Source of the DNA: the human T2T-CHM13v2.0 reference genome, Homo sapiens
Strand: one strand, 5' to 3'
Assembly: GCF_009914755.1 (NCBI RefSeq)
Contig: NC_060946.1
Length of the DNA: 64,000 nucleotides
The number at the start of each line of letters is the position of its first letter. Positions within the stretch are counted from its first letter, which is position 1. A program made the translations under genes and the position numbers. This document shows positions 22,781 to 38,500 of the stretch, in pieces. A model generated the notes under the pieces. That model searched no databases. It was not told where the DNA came from and was given only the letters and a program-made list of their open reading frames with translations.

Positions 22781-24602
22781 CAAGGCTTTCACCACATCCC
22801 AGGCAGAGTCCAAGTCAGGGCAGAGCCTCACAGAGCACAGCAGGGCCTGTGCCGTGCCAACGCCATGCCCCTGCCTGGCAGAAATGCCACCCAGCCCCTG
22901 GCAGAAACGCCTCCCCTCTCCTATGGAGGGGCTGATGACCCAGGAGCGGCTGGCTGCTGGTGTGAGTACACGGGTGACCCTTCCACAAAGGCCCCTAGCT
23001 GGGCTCCCTGCTCAGTTGGCCGGGTTTGGGGCTGGATGTCTGCAGGGGTCCTCAGGGATACCCAGAGGGAGAAACAAGGCTTTTGGGGAAATGGTGACAC
23101 CTGGGGCCAGGTTTCTCACAGCCAGGCCCCATCTCTCCCTGCCTGGATTTCAGGGGAAGTGGGGCTTGGGTAAACAGGAACGGACGTGGCCATCAGGCCG
23201 GAAGGGTGTGTGGGCCACAGAGAAGCACCCTGAGGCTGTGCTGTCATCCAGAGTGCCACCCCGCTTTTCCAGGGCACAGCAAGGAAGTGCCTGCTGGAAG
23301 GATCCTGGGGACAGTTGTTAAGGCAATTTTATCTTCTCATAGCATGCCTGCCTCAGTTCCGCAGCCAGGACGGTGCCTTACTGACTCCACACACAGAGGC
23401 AGCTGGGTCCAGGAGGCAGCCATCCCAAACGCAGTGACCTCCAGCACCCAAAGCTCAGAGTTCCCAGCTGAACCCAGGAGGCACCCACCTTCCTGTCTCT
23501 AGGCAGATGCCAGCTGGTGCAGGAGCCACTCCCAGTCCCAATACCAGGCCTGGTCACGTGGTGCCCCGCCAGGCTTGGGGGTGTGCACTTGCCCGCTGGC
23601 CTCCGGTGCCCTCAGGCCTAGCCTCATTGTCACAGGAACGGAGCTCCTCGGGGATGGCCACCTTCCTGGACTTACCCCCAGGAGGGACACGCTGCTGCCT
23701 CCCAGGGCCCTTCGTGCCACTGGCCCCTTTCTTTCCACCCCCATATGCTACCCCTGCCTACTCCCTTCCCTGGCCCTGGGTTGCCACTCCTGTCCTGTTC
23801 TCCTGCTGTCCCCACCCCAGCCCTGACCCCAGATGGCTCTCCCTACAAAAACACCAGAACCCCAGAGAAGCTCAATCCCCCAAGTCCATCTGCATTTTAA
23901 GAAGCCCTCACGCACTCCCAGCCCAGAGAGGGAAGCTGTAAAGGTGGACAGGTCATGTCGGGCTTTGAACCTGCAATGTGATCTCACCTTCCCCGTCTGT
24001 AAAAGGGGACACTCCCTGCCTTGTGGGATCACATGCAGTATCAGAAAAAGCACCTGACATGTGACATCCACTTACAAAGGGTTTTCCCTTCTCTTTGGTT
24101 TTGGGGGAGAATGGGAGAGGCCCAAGCAGAAGCTCCTGGAACACCGCCCATCCCGGACCCAGGGTTGTAGTCACCTGAACACTCACCCAGACAAGGGAAA
24201 CTTCACAGAATGAATGTGAGGAATAAAATGAGACATTCAGTTACACAAATTAAACCAAACCCAGATGCAGAGGTGCCCCATAACAGAAATAGAGCAACTA
24301 CTGCCAGCCTTGGATGAAAGCTCTTGGCCAAGGGCCGTGACGGCGGCGGGGAGGTTCAGCAGCTGTCCCCAAGCACACAGGACATTTGGCACCTCCAAGC
24401 CCAGCCTGTCCCACCAGGCCACGGCACACTTTCCTTCCTCTGAAGAAAGGGGGTTTGTTAAGCCAACGAGGAGGGAAGCCAAGGACTGCCCCCGGCGCCA
24501 GCATGGCTATGAGCATAGAAGCGGGCTGAGCCACAGGCTGGGGGATCCCATGCAGACCAGGCAAAGCCCAGGCAGGATGCTCTGCAGAAAGTTCCCTGGT
24601 GA

Positions 24603-25225
<623 letters not shown>

Positions 25226-27294
25226 CCACTTCCTCCTTTTCTTAGTTGTTGGCTTCTTCTACAGAAAAGGATCCTGAAAACAAACACCTAAAATGCCAAC
25301 CAAGAATTCAATCTGCAAGGCAGCAGCACCTCCAGAAATAGCTGCTTTGTGGCCTGTTTGCCATTTATGTGAAACTTCCCCATTTTGGACCAACGCAGGC
25401 AGAAAGAGAAAAGGAGGAAGAGGAAGGAAAAGAGGCAGGCTGTGTTGGGGCTGGATGGGGCTGTAGGAACCTGCCAGCAGTGGCTCTTGGGGAAAACCCC
25501 ACTGCGAGGTTTCTGAACCCCTGCCCCGGAAGCTTCCCCTTTCCCACACACGTCACTCGCTGCCTTGGAATCTGGGCTGCCTCCCTCCCAGGGGCTCACA
25601 GGGGAGCGAGGCCACAGAAAGGCTCCTTACCCCCAGTGGCCTAACAGGTGTGACATGTGGAGGGGGAATCTGGGCAGTGTGCCTGATGCTCAGAGCTGAG
25701 ACCCTGAAGTCCAACTCCCTCGGGTGTGACCTTGGACAAGTTACTTAGCCTCTCCTTGCCTCAGTTACACCATCTGGAGAATGGGGATGCTACCCTCGTC
25801 TGACCACCGTGATGTGAGCCAGTCAGCACACATCAAGTGCTCCGTGAGCGTCCGGCACACAGGTGCTTGTCTCTGTCCTGTGCTTCAGCTCCATCAGTGT
25901 CTTCTTCAGACCTGTCATTGGCTTGGGGCAAGGATATATGTGGCCGCTGAGGGCGGTCCCCCAGGTATGGCAGCCATGGAGCTGCTAATTAGGCCCTGTG
26001 AGTGGGAGGCCCTGTGGGGTGGGCAGGGGCAGACGCCCAGCTGCTCTCGGGGACACTCCAGGCCTGTGCTGCCCTCCACAGCCCCAGCTGGAGAATGGTG
26101 ACCAGATGTCAACGACAGGAAGCATTTCCAGAGGCCACAGCTCTGCAGGGAGGTCTCTCATGGGCTGACAGCCAGAGCCAGCGCTCCGGGTCCCCTGAAA
26201 AAACGGGCACAGTCCTCGGTCACGTCGAGGACCTGCTCAGCCCCTCCACTTGGCACCGGAGAGAGGATGACTCACGGCCCTTCTGCCTGGAAGGCAGGCT
26301 CCAGTGTCAAATGTCCATCCGCCTCCATCACCCTCATCCATCCTTGTCAGTCCAGGGGCCTGGGCACTGCTGGGGCTCCTGGGCAGACAGTTCCCCCTTG
26401 CAAATGAGTGGGACCCTCAGCTCCTTCGATCAGCATCCTCACGTCAGCCGAGCCTGTGAGCACCCCTAAGCAAGGCCTCTGAGCTGGGCATGCGACACCC
26501 CTTCCCACCCAGGCACCCTCCCCCTAGAATCCCCCATACCACCCTGGGGCCATGCCCCGCTTCCCTCTCTGGCAAGCTCCTGCACAACCTTGAGACCACC
26601 TGACAGCCACCGTCTATCCTGCCCAACCTCCTCAGAAGCACTAACAGCACCTCGCCCCAGCCACGGCAGGTCTCTGCACCCCTCGTCTCAGTCACCACTC
26701 TCACATCTCATGAACAGAGACACGAGCTGCTTCCTCATGCTCCCTGTGCCCGTCCTGGGAGATCCCTGCCTTTAAACCCCAGCCACGAACTGCTGACCCC
26801 GCATTTCCTCTTCCCTCCCTGGGCAAGAGGGGCAGAAGGGGCAGGGACGCACACCCTGGGCCGCAGGCAGAGGCTTGGCCAGGGTCGTCCTCCCGGCAGT
26901 GCCTCCCTGGAGCTCTGTCTACCTCAACTCCTGATGCCAGAGGATCCCTCTGCGCTCCCCACACCCTTAAGACCCCAGCTCAGGGAATCTGGTCTCGGTC
27001 ATCACTCCCAGGGGACTGCAGGGCCCCAGGACGGCACACATTCAGGCCCAGGAGAGCTCCCCCCATCTCAAAGCCTCCTGTGGGTGGAGATGGAATGTGG
27101 AAAAACCGCATCCTCTGCAGCTCCCCCACAGTGAGAGCGAGGACTGAGGGTGTGGATAAGGCTCCAGGAAGGGGGTGCAAGCCTGAGAAGGTGGAAGAGC
27201 TCTGGGTGGGTCCATCTGCTCCTCACCTGCCCCAACCCTGCCTGCAGGTGAAGGCCGGTCCAGCCGCAGAAGGCCCAGCCCCCAGCCCACTTAC

Positions 27295-27374
27295 AGAATC
27301 CGCACTGTGCTCCTCCAGCCGGCCCGGCCCCTCGCTGCCCACCGAGCCATCATGACCCCAGCACCGCTGCACAT
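27295..27374 (-). CDS. BID: BID alternative first coding exon (long isoform: MCSGAGVMMARWAARGRAGWRSTVRIL)
   Basis: ATG at 27374-27372; 80 coding nt ending CGGATTCT|gtaagt, phase 2 joining exon 2 in frame; matches the recalled long BID N-terminus. Confidence 0.9.
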
Positions 27375-27479
27375 TCGTATTTGTTGAATGAATGAATGAA
27401 CCCTTGCCAGCCCAGCCACTTGGTGGCTGAGGGCTTCAGAGCTCTCCCAGGGTCCCCTGGGGTCATTCAGCCACTCAAC

Positions 27480-28380
27480 AGTTTCCCAGCAGCAGCAGCG
27501 AGGATCCGCACATCATTGCCAGTGCTCTAAGGAGCGGGCGAGCCCCAGTAAGCGGCCGCTCTGACCGCGCTTTGTCAGCCCTGAGCTCCGCTCGGGAGGA
27601 GCCGGCAGGTGTCTGCGGTGCTGGAAAGACCACGGTGTGGGCGGGGATTCCGATCCGCCGGCAAGGGTGGCCTGCACCCGGCCAGGCCCGCGGGTTTTCT
27701 CCTCTCCGGGGCTGGCCTCGGCCCCTCCCCCTCCCCGCGCCCCGCACCCCTCCCCTGAATCCCCAGGCCACGTGGAGAGGACACAACAAAGCCTTCCCCG
27801 CCTCCGAGGCGGACCCGACCCTCAGCACCGACCTGCCGGCCGCGCCGAGGAGGGCGCCCGGGCGGAGGGGAGGCGGGAGAGACCCGGCCCTCAGGTCGCT
27901 GCTGAGGCCGGGGGCTCTGACCCCCCGCCTCCCCTCCTCTGGCTCCCACCGCGGTCGGGCCCAGGGCGGGCGGCGGGCCCTGAGCTCCACGCCGGGGCAG
28001 GCGGCAGGCAGGGGTCACGGGCTGGGGCTCGGCGCGTACCCCGGGAGGGGCGCGGGGGCACTCACCACCCTCCAGCCGCGGGGGCGCGGGCGCGTCCGGG
28101 CCGAGGCAGCGTCTCCCAGGCGCGCGGACACGGTCGACTACCCGCTTCCTCCTTATGGCGCCCCGCGCGCTTCCTCCTTCGGCCCCCCACGCCCGGGCCC
28201 GCCCCGGCCCGCCCCCGGCGGCTTGCGGGGACCCGGGGAGCCCGCGCCGGCGCGGGGCTGTGGAGCGGGGCGGGGAGCCGGCAGCGCAGTGAGAACCAGG
28301 CTTTCCACCCTTACCCCTTACGCGACTGTTTCAGACAGTGTCGTCCAACTTTAAGTTGGCCACTTACTCCAGCGCCGCTG
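27480..28380. promoter_or_regulatory. BID: BID CpG-island promoter with GC boxes
   Basis: Very high GC and CpG content; CCGCCC/GGGCGG at ~28199, ~28209 and ~28268. Confidence 0.9.
28066..28160 (-). other. BID: BID canonical non-coding exon 1 (5' end approximate)
   Basis: ...CGCGGCTGGAGGGTG|gtgagt donor at 28065; inside the CpG island; matches the recalled BID 5'UTR. Confidence 0.8.
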
Positions 28381-28398
28381 GGATAATTCCTAATGATT

Positions 28399-28614
28399 CT
28401 CTGGGAAACATTCAGAATCCCCAGGCTGTTTCTGGAACAGTCTGGGGTGGTCATTCTAGGTCCTCACGGAACCAGGGGTTTGGAAAGTGGGTGAAGCCAT
28501 GTGGGTTGCAGAGAATCTGGCCCAGCCCCTCACCAGTCCCTGTGCTTGTTGTTTATTCTTTAATTATTTGGATATCAACTCTGATTTAAAACATCAGTTT
28601 AACATATAGATAAT

Positions 28615-28626
<12 letters not shown>
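28399..28626 (+). repeat. Copy 1 of a ~230-bp local direct duplication
   Basis: Roughly 90% or more identical by eye to 31572-31800. Confidence 0.9.
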
Positions 28627-30820
<2,194 letters not shown>

Positions 30821-31084
30821 GAATGATGTTTTTGGCAATGAAAATGAAACACAAAATCCAGCAAGGTTTGACGGGGAAGGCGAGCTGGCGACCACATAGT
30901 CACAGTCGGCCTTTGCTTCCGCTTTATGCTGCAGTTTCTCACTGTCACTTCCTGCCACCGGGCTCGTCTTCCTGTGAAAATTCAGCCCCTCTTCCTCAGT
31001 TACCCCTTTGCAACAGAACGAGGCCGGCATTTTCTAAAGCGTCCTTGAGGAGTCCAGTTCCTAAAAGATTATTTCAGAGTCCAC

Positions 31085-31445
31085 TGTTGTGGGCTGACTT
31101 GAATGCTCTCAAAATTCGTAAGTTGAAGCCCTGACCCCCAGGACCTCAGAACGTGACTGTGCTTGGACACAGGGACTTTCCAGAGGTGATTAAGGTGAAG
31201 TGAGGTCACTGGATGGCCCTCCTCCTATCTGACTGGTGTCCTGATGGGGACGCGGACACCCACACAGGAACGGACCCGGGGAGAACAACACATCGTCTCT
31301 GCGCCAGGGAGAGAGGCGTCCGGGGAACCCAGCCGTGCCCACGCATTTATCTCCGCCTTCCGGCTCAGAATTGTGAGGAAACCCGCTTCTGTTGTGCAAG
31401 TCCCGGGTCTGTGGTGCTCGGCCATGGCGCCCCCAGAACTGCATC
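31085..31445 (+). mobile_element. MaLR LTR (MLT1-like), unusually CpG-rich
   Basis: GTTGAAGCCCTGACCCCCAGGACCTCAGAACGTGACTGT...GAGGTGATTAAGGTGAAGTGAGGTCA...CTGACTGGTGTCCT. Confidence 0.75.
31172..31181 (+). promoter_or_regulatory. Consensus NF-kB site
   Basis: Exact GGGACTTTCC; function untested. Confidence 0.45.
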
Positions 31446-31725
31446 CCCACCTTCTGCTCTGAGCCACCCATCCCCTCTGGAAGGGCTGAGCTTCTCTCCC
31501 TTTCCACCTTCTGTTCTGAGCCACCCGTCCCCTCCAGAAGGGCTGAGCTTCTCTCTCTTTCACTGCCTATGCTCTGGGAAACTTTCAGAATCCCCAGGCT
31601 GTTTCTGGAATAGTCTGGGATGGTCATTTTCGGTCCTCACAGAACCGGGGGTTTGGAAAGTAGGTGAAGCCATATGGGTTGCAGAGAATCTGGCCCAGCC
31701 CCTCACTAGTCCCTGTGCTTGTTAG
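31213..31725 (+). CDS. LINC00528: Putative 170-aa ORF of LINC00528 (translation doubtful)
   Basis: ATG-initiated single-exon ORF built from repeat and duplicated DNA; no recognisable domain. Confidence 0.3.
   Translation: MALLLSDWCPDGDADTHTGTDPGRTTHRLCARERGVRGTQPCPRIYLRLPAQNCEETRFCCASPGSVVLGHGAPRTASPPSALSHPSPLEGLSFSPFPPSVLSHPSPPEGLSFSLFHCLCSGKLSESPGCFWNSLGWSFSVLTEPGVWKVGEAIWVAENLAQPLTSPCAC
31447..31560. repeat. 57-bp tandem duplication (2 copies)
   Basis: CCACCTTCTG(C/T)TCTGAGCCACCC...GAAGGGCTGAGCTTCTCTC..TTT twice. Confidence 0.92.
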
Positions 31726-31800
31726 TTATTCTTTAATTACTTGGATATCAACTCTGATTTAAAACATCAATTTAACATACAGATAATGCTGGGACTGCAG
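31572..31800 (+). repeat. Copy 2 of the ~230-bp local duplication
   Basis: Matches 28399-28626. Confidence 0.9.
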
Positions 31801-32879
31801 CTTCGCCAGGTGGCCTTCCTCTCCCGGTCTCGGGAGGCGTCACCCCCATCTTGTCCCCCCAAGATCAAGCGAAAAGGGCAAAGTTATCTTTTTTTTTTGC
31901 AAAATTCAAACCTTTCCCTCCTTCCCAGGTCTGGGTCGCTTGCGACCCTCCTCTCAGGCTGCTTCTGACAGGCCCAAGTCACAGCCAACTTCAGGGGAGC
32001 TGTGTTGGATCCCTCCAAACTCCGGGAATGATGTGACCTCCCCGGCGCTCACCCTGGGCCTCTAGGTTAGACTCAGCCCAGACCCTGGCTCACAGGGAAG
32101 CAGAGCCCATGGCTGGCCTCCACCCGCTCAGACGCCCGCACACAGGCCAGGGGAGGGCTTGGGGGCAGCTCTGGGAGGGTCCCTGTTTGCGCTGTGGGTG
32201 TCCAAGGCTGGGTGTGCAGAGCTGAGGTTGCCACACACCTGAGGGACTCTCGCATAAGGATGGCGCAGGGCTGGAAGCTGGACTGAGACAGTGAATGAGA
32301 CAGCGCTGCCGGCTCTCTCCGCGCCGTGGACTGGCTCCTAGGCAGTCTCACGAGCAAGTGTGCTGTTGCTCGTGCACGTGTGTTTTAACTGAGATGTGAG
32401 CTGGCGCGTTTTCTCCACCCGGCTCCATCTGCTGGGTCCCTCCACATTGCTGCGCGTGTGCCTCCAGTGCCATGGGGTCCCCACTGTGGGCAGCCCCGCA
32501 TTTTGCCCAACTGCCTCCCAAACCATGGAACCCCAGTGACCTCCAACTTGCCGCCATGACGAGCCACTCTCATTCATATCCTCAAACACGGTGCTCTGAG
32601 CCCGAATGAGGGTTTCTTTAGAGAGATATCTGGGGACCAAACTGTAGGGACAGAGCTCCCGTCTAAGGTGGGCCTGTGGTGAGGTCTCCCCAGTGGTACA
32701 CTTTAATCCCACAGCAGGGCTTGCAGGCCGCCCTGCTCCATCCCCACCAACACTGGGCAGGATCTAGCCTCCAAACCTTTGCCAGTCTAATAGTATAAAA
32801 TGATAGCTCGGTGCTATTTTGGTTTTGCATTTCCATGGTGAACAATGAGTTTGAGAGTTTTTGTTCAAAAGTCCTTTGG

Positions 32880-33150
32880 GAGTTCGAGACCAGACTGGGC
32901 CACCAGGAGTTCAAGACCAGCCCGGGCAATTCAGTGAGATGTTCATCTCTACAAAAAATAAGAAAGATAAAAAATTAGCCAGGCATGTTTGTGTGTGCCT
33001 GTGGTCCCAGCTCCTCAGGAGGCTGAGGTGGGAGGATGGCTTGACCCCGGGAGGTGGAGGCTGCAGTGAGTTGTGATCGTGTCAGTGCACGGCTAGCCTG
33101 GGCAACAGAGTGAGACCCCGTTTCTAAAATAAAAATAAAAAACAAAAGAG
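32880..33150 (+). mobile_element. AluJ-like element (5' truncated, short internal duplication)
   Basis: GGAGTTC(G/A)AGACCAG occurs twice; J-type right arm. Confidence 0.8.
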
Positions 33151-36100
33151 AAAAGTCCTTTGGGTTTCGTCTTGGTATTACTCAGCAGAGGACAGAGGTG
33201 TCAGTTTCCATCCTCCGGCAAGCAGATGCTGAGACAAAGCTCGGTGGGAGGTGACACCCAAGAGGAAGGGGCGGGATTGGACAGGGACAGCCTTCAGATC
33301 ACAATGGGGATCGGACCCCTGGGAGGGGAGAGAGGGAGGAAGAGAACTGGTCGGCTGTGAAGCAGATCTGATAGGGCCCTGCTGCGACACCAACAGCAGC
33401 TCAGGGCCAAGGATGCTGTTGCAGGAGCAAGGGACAGACCCCCCATACCACTGGCTCAGTGCCTGGAGCACGTGGCCTCTGTGGCTGCAGCCCGAGGCTG
33501 TCGGCTGAGGCACTCCACACACCTGGAGAGCACGTTCTCTGTGGAAGGAGACTGCAGCATTCCCACGGCTCCAGAGCAGTAGTGGCGGCACCTGGAGAAA
33601 GAAGTCCACCACCTTCCTGATGGCGGACTCTTTCTGCAGGCTCGCTGCAGTAACAGACTGGGAGCTCCGGACCTGGCGTATTGCTAGCTCAGTCTGACGG
33701 GGTCCCGGCTTTCCTCTGAGGTTCTCCTCCCAAGAGTGCCGAGATTGATGCTGTCCCATCCAGCGTCTCCGCGGTCACCAGCTCTTCACATCCCTGGGTG
33801 AAGATGGGGAGACAGTGCGCGTAGCTTACTCCCGAGTGACTTGGGATAGAAGCCAGGGCACAGAACTCTACAAGGGACACTGGTGCACTGAAGAGCAGGG
33901 TGCGGTTCTGACCAGAAGCATCTGTGCATCTGGAGGGCAGAGGGTGCGTGGGCACGGGGGTCTGGGCAGGCCTCCCAGGGCAGAGGTCAAGAGGAGGGCG
34001 GGAGGCCTCTAGCTTGGTGGTTAAGAGCTCAGCCTTCAGAGTTTGTTTTCTCAGCTCTATCCTTGACGAGCTTCGTGAGCTGTAACTGGCCAGGGGCTGC
34101 CCCCAGAAAAGCTGGCCTCCAGCTCCCCGCATCCTGAGGCCCCAGATCAAGTTTCTTGGGCCCCAATTTCCTGTCATTAAAGAGATGATAGTACATTCCT
34201 CAGAGGCGGGCTGTGAATACATGAAACGCAAGGTCTTAGGCACCCAGCATGCGCTCAGGAAGCGTGGCTTGTGATTACCCGGCAGTGCGGTGGGAGGCTC
34301 CTAGCAGCTCTGTGTGCTGTGAGTGGGGTGGCTGGGGTCCCTGTGGGAGGTGCTTCAGAGTGGGGGCTGGATGGCGGCTCCCGAGGGGCATGGGGAGAAA
34401 GACAGGAGCAGAGGGGCTGCCACGCACTGCCCTTTTCCCCTTCCACCCCAGTCCCCTTCTCAGTGCACCCTTGGAACTTCACCCCCTCCCTGCCAGCTGC
34501 CCCCACCGCCTTCCCCTGTCCTGAAGCCCCTGTCCCTACCATCCGCCCCAGACACTTCCATGCTCTTCTTGAGGGTGGGCTGTCTCCAGGTGCCGCTCAT
34601 TCCCCGGCCGGGCTGCTGTGCTCTCACTGAAGCTCAGGTGCTCTCAGAAGCAGAAGGAATGAGGGGTGGAGGGGCCAGTGTCCTCCTGGCCTGAGGACAG
34701 GGCTGGGGAGGCAGGGGCAGAGGTGGCCTGTCCCCTGCTGGCCAGGGCTGACACGCGGTAATGGCTATTACCAAGTGGGCCATTTCTCCCTCCTGCCCCT
34801 CCAGGCATCTCATCCCCCCACACTGCAGGAGGTGAGGTCTGCACAAGGCCTCTGCTCCCCTGGGAATAAGCCCATGCGTTCCATGGTGCCTCCTAAGCCC
34901 CTGAACTGGAGCCCACCCCAGTACTGGCGGGGGCCTGATTGCTGGAGTGAAGGCTTCCTCCTTCCTGGCCACCCCATTCCCCTCATCTCTGGGACAGAAA
35001 CCGACAATAAACGCCTGCCCGAGACCTGGGTTGGAAAAACAGAGTGAACACACACCATCACATGGCAGGAGGCCAGGTGCACAGAGCCCTCCCTGCAGTT
35101 AGTTCCCCAGGAACTGGGGCTGCAGGGATGGCCCAGAGCTCTCAGCCAACATCAAAGGGCCACAGCACCGGGGCTGGTGGCTCCTGGCCAAGTCAGCACC
35201 GACCACAGAGCTCCCCTCTCTGCCTAGACCCAGGGCTCTGCCCTGACAGCCTAGAGAAGGGCCTGGCTGGTGGTGCCTGGCTGGGTGGCTCCCTGCCTAG
35301 GAGGTGCTTTCCCCAAGCGCTGGGCCTTGAAGGGCCGGTGGGTTGTGAGGGCAAGAGTCTTGCTAGAGGAGAGGGGAGAGATGGCGAGATGCAGGACCAG
35401 AGCCTGGGGGGGTGAAAATCATGTTCACCCCCATGGTGAAATCACGGCCATGGTGAAGACCAGTCCCACCCACTGAGCGGAGGCAAGTAGACCCCAGGAA
35501 TTCCCCAGCCCCGCTGCTGGGTGGGTGTGACCCTGCAGAAGCTCTGGGAGGCTGGCATGACTCAGCTGTTGCAGAAAGACCAGTCTGGGGTTTCCCATAT
35601 TGCTTCAAGCAGCCTTTTCCCTGGGACTGCTCTATCTAATGCCAACAACCCTCAGCTGCTAGTGAGCCCTCGCCACCAACTTTCAGAGGGCTAACTCCTA
35701 AGGCCCAAGGGCTGGAAAACTCCAAGCACAGCCCTCCCAGAGTCTGGCTGTGGCTCAGAATGGGTGCTGGGGCAGGGCGAGCAGGATTTCCCAGAGGGAG
35801 CTGGGCCCTCTGGCGTCCGCCCCAGGGCTGGCCCAGCCCAGGGACCCCCATGATATCCTTCCTCTCACCCTGCCCTTTCTGAAGTGAACTCTTTGGATAT
35901 TGGCCAAATCACACCCAGCAGAGGGAAGGGAGTGGAGGTCCCGGTGTGGGGGTCCCGGCGTGGGGTGGCTGTGCCCAGCTGGAATGTTTTGCATGGTGAT
36001 TTGTTAGAGGGATATTGAGCAGAGGGCAAACCACCACTGTGTCTAGCATTCTGCTCAAAGGTGCAGAAACCAAGACTGCCACGTGCAGAGTGAACGGCCC

Positions 36101-38180
36101 AGGCTGTGGCCCCCCGGGGAGGGGCTGAGTCTCAGCACTGCAGCCTTATGCTGTGCGCAGTTCAGACCTGCGATAGGCGAGAGGCCAGCAGACACACGCC
36201 TCGCCTTACGTGACGTTTCTGCCATCTTCATTCCTGTGTTCGCTTCTGTACCAAATCTCCCCCACACACGATCTGACCCCGTGGCATCCTTCCTTTCCTA
36301 CAAACTGCACTGAGACCCAGGTGTCATCGTGAAGTTCATGCCAGCCAGAGGAGCCACTGTGGCGTTTCCGGCCATAGGCCTGGGCAGGAGCCGCTCCCAG
36401 GCGTGCCGTGGGCAGGGCCGGGTCAGCCTTCAGGGAAGAGATGCCTGTATGGGACCAACTCAGGCAGCCACAGAGGGATGGCCCAGCACCCCACAAAACC
36501 CAAAGTGCTCAGCGTCTAGGATCTGTTTACGGGGCAGAGAAGTGGATGTTCTTTTCCTGGTTCAAAGGTAGAAACAGGCTTGGAGAGCCGCACCCGGCAT
36601 CAGCCAGCCAGGCAGACGCCTGGTCTAGCGCTTGGTTCTCACAGGCATGTGGCCTCCAGTAAAAGATCTTCCTGGAGAGAGGGATGAAGGCTCTTGGGAT
36701 CATCTTTAGAGGTGCTGATGGAGAAGCGGGGGGGGGGGGCCTTCAGGTGGGTGTGTATCCCTTTATCTAGAATGCTTGGGACCAGAGGTGTTTCAATTTT
36801 TCAGATTTTGGAATCTTTGCCGACATGATGCTCAAAGGAAATCCTGCATTAGGGAGTCTTAGCCTGTATCTCCGCTGGCGTGGAGGAAAAGGACAGGAAA
36901 GTTTTGAATGGCGGATCCACCCAGGGGACTTCCCTGGATGGGGCGCTGCCACCCCTGGGCCCTGTGTGGGAAAGCTTCAGTACTACACGGTGCCACCGGC
37001 TCCCAGCCCCAGCTGAGCTCACCGTCCAGCTCTCAAAGCCAAGGGCAATTCTTTGGCACCTGAAAATGCATCTAAAACTATGACGTTTATAGCTGCCTTA
37101 GCCCTACTTAATCTCTATTTCTCTACACCAAATCTCTCTACTGCATGTGCTTACGCCTACGTGCTCTGCTGCCATGGTGCCTTGCCAAGAGCGTGGCTGT
37201 GCTTTAGTTCTCCCCGGGGCCTTGGAGGACTCTCCAGGGAGGAGGAAAGGATGGTGCTAGGGGGAGGAGGCTGGGGGTGGACCTTGTTCTGATGCCCCTT
37301 GTCTCATGCACGAAGTTCTTCACCCTCCTCCAAACCTTGACCTGGTGGGAGCAGAGACTACCCCCTCCCTGGGGCCAGGGATAGGATGCTCATGCCTGGG
37401 AAGGCCAGCAAGCCTTCCCCGCTTACTCAAGGCTCTGCAGGGTTCTGGGGGCCGGTGCTGTCTTTGGTGCCATCCGATTGCTTCTGCTTGTGGGCCTCAC
37501 CCTAGGGCTGTTCACCAAAGTCCTTCTTATCACAATCCTGGCTTGAAATAAGTGGGTTTCCAATTTTTTATCCCTGATCTTGCCTGGATCTTGATTCTGA
37601 GACTCCTCCCATCCCACCCTCTCCAACAGCAGAGACCCCTCCCATTAGCTGCACGCGATTGCTCCGAGATAACAAAGCATTGGCAGATGCTGGTGGAGCA
37701 GGCCTGCCCTTGACGTGGGCAAGAAGCTTGGGGAAAAAGACAATTTCCTGCTTGTCTTTTCTTGTCAAAATACATGGCCACACCAGGGGAAGGACAGGAA
37801 GAATTCTCTTACCAGCCAGCAGCGGCAACTTAGCAGCTACAGACACAGAGCGCAGGGGACGGGCGGGAATGACTGGCCATGGAGGAGCCGAGAGAGTCGG
37901 GACCTGCAGGAGCTGCCTGCTGAGGCGGTCTGGCTGGGCAGGTGGTCCCTGTGCTGGGGCCTCCGGGTGGAAGGCATCCCAGCCCCCCGAGGGAACAAGT
38001 TTGGTCCGAGATACATTTTTGAAAGGTATTTAATTCTCTAAAAACATTTTTAAAAGAAGTGAGACCCACTGGGGAAAGGGAGCTGCTGGCTGCCAGGTGC
38101 CTCTCTCTCCTTTTCTCCCGAGAAAGACCTGGCAGCCACTCTGCCGGGGAGACAACCGGGGGCTAGAGGGGCAGGCCCTG

Positions 38181-38500
<320 letters not shown>

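Larger units (their letters stand above)
30990..33160 (+). ncRNA. LINC00528: LINC00528 (C22orf37) locus, divergent from BID; boundaries approximate
   Basis: Lies between BID and MICAL3; contains the 170-aa ORF I recall as its putative product; AATAAA at 33128-33133 and 33134-33139 in an Alu tail. Confidence 0.6.

Noticed and set aside
27475-28386. 170-260-aa Pro/Arg/Gly-rich ORFs
   Set aside because: Expected stop-codon depletion in a CpG island
33178-34243. Minus-strand ORFs with protein-like stretches (QKESAIRKVVDFFLQ; TQGCEELVTAETLDG)
   Set aside because: No recognisable family and no convincing exon chain; would need tBLASTn or PhyloCSF to revive as a pseudogene candidate
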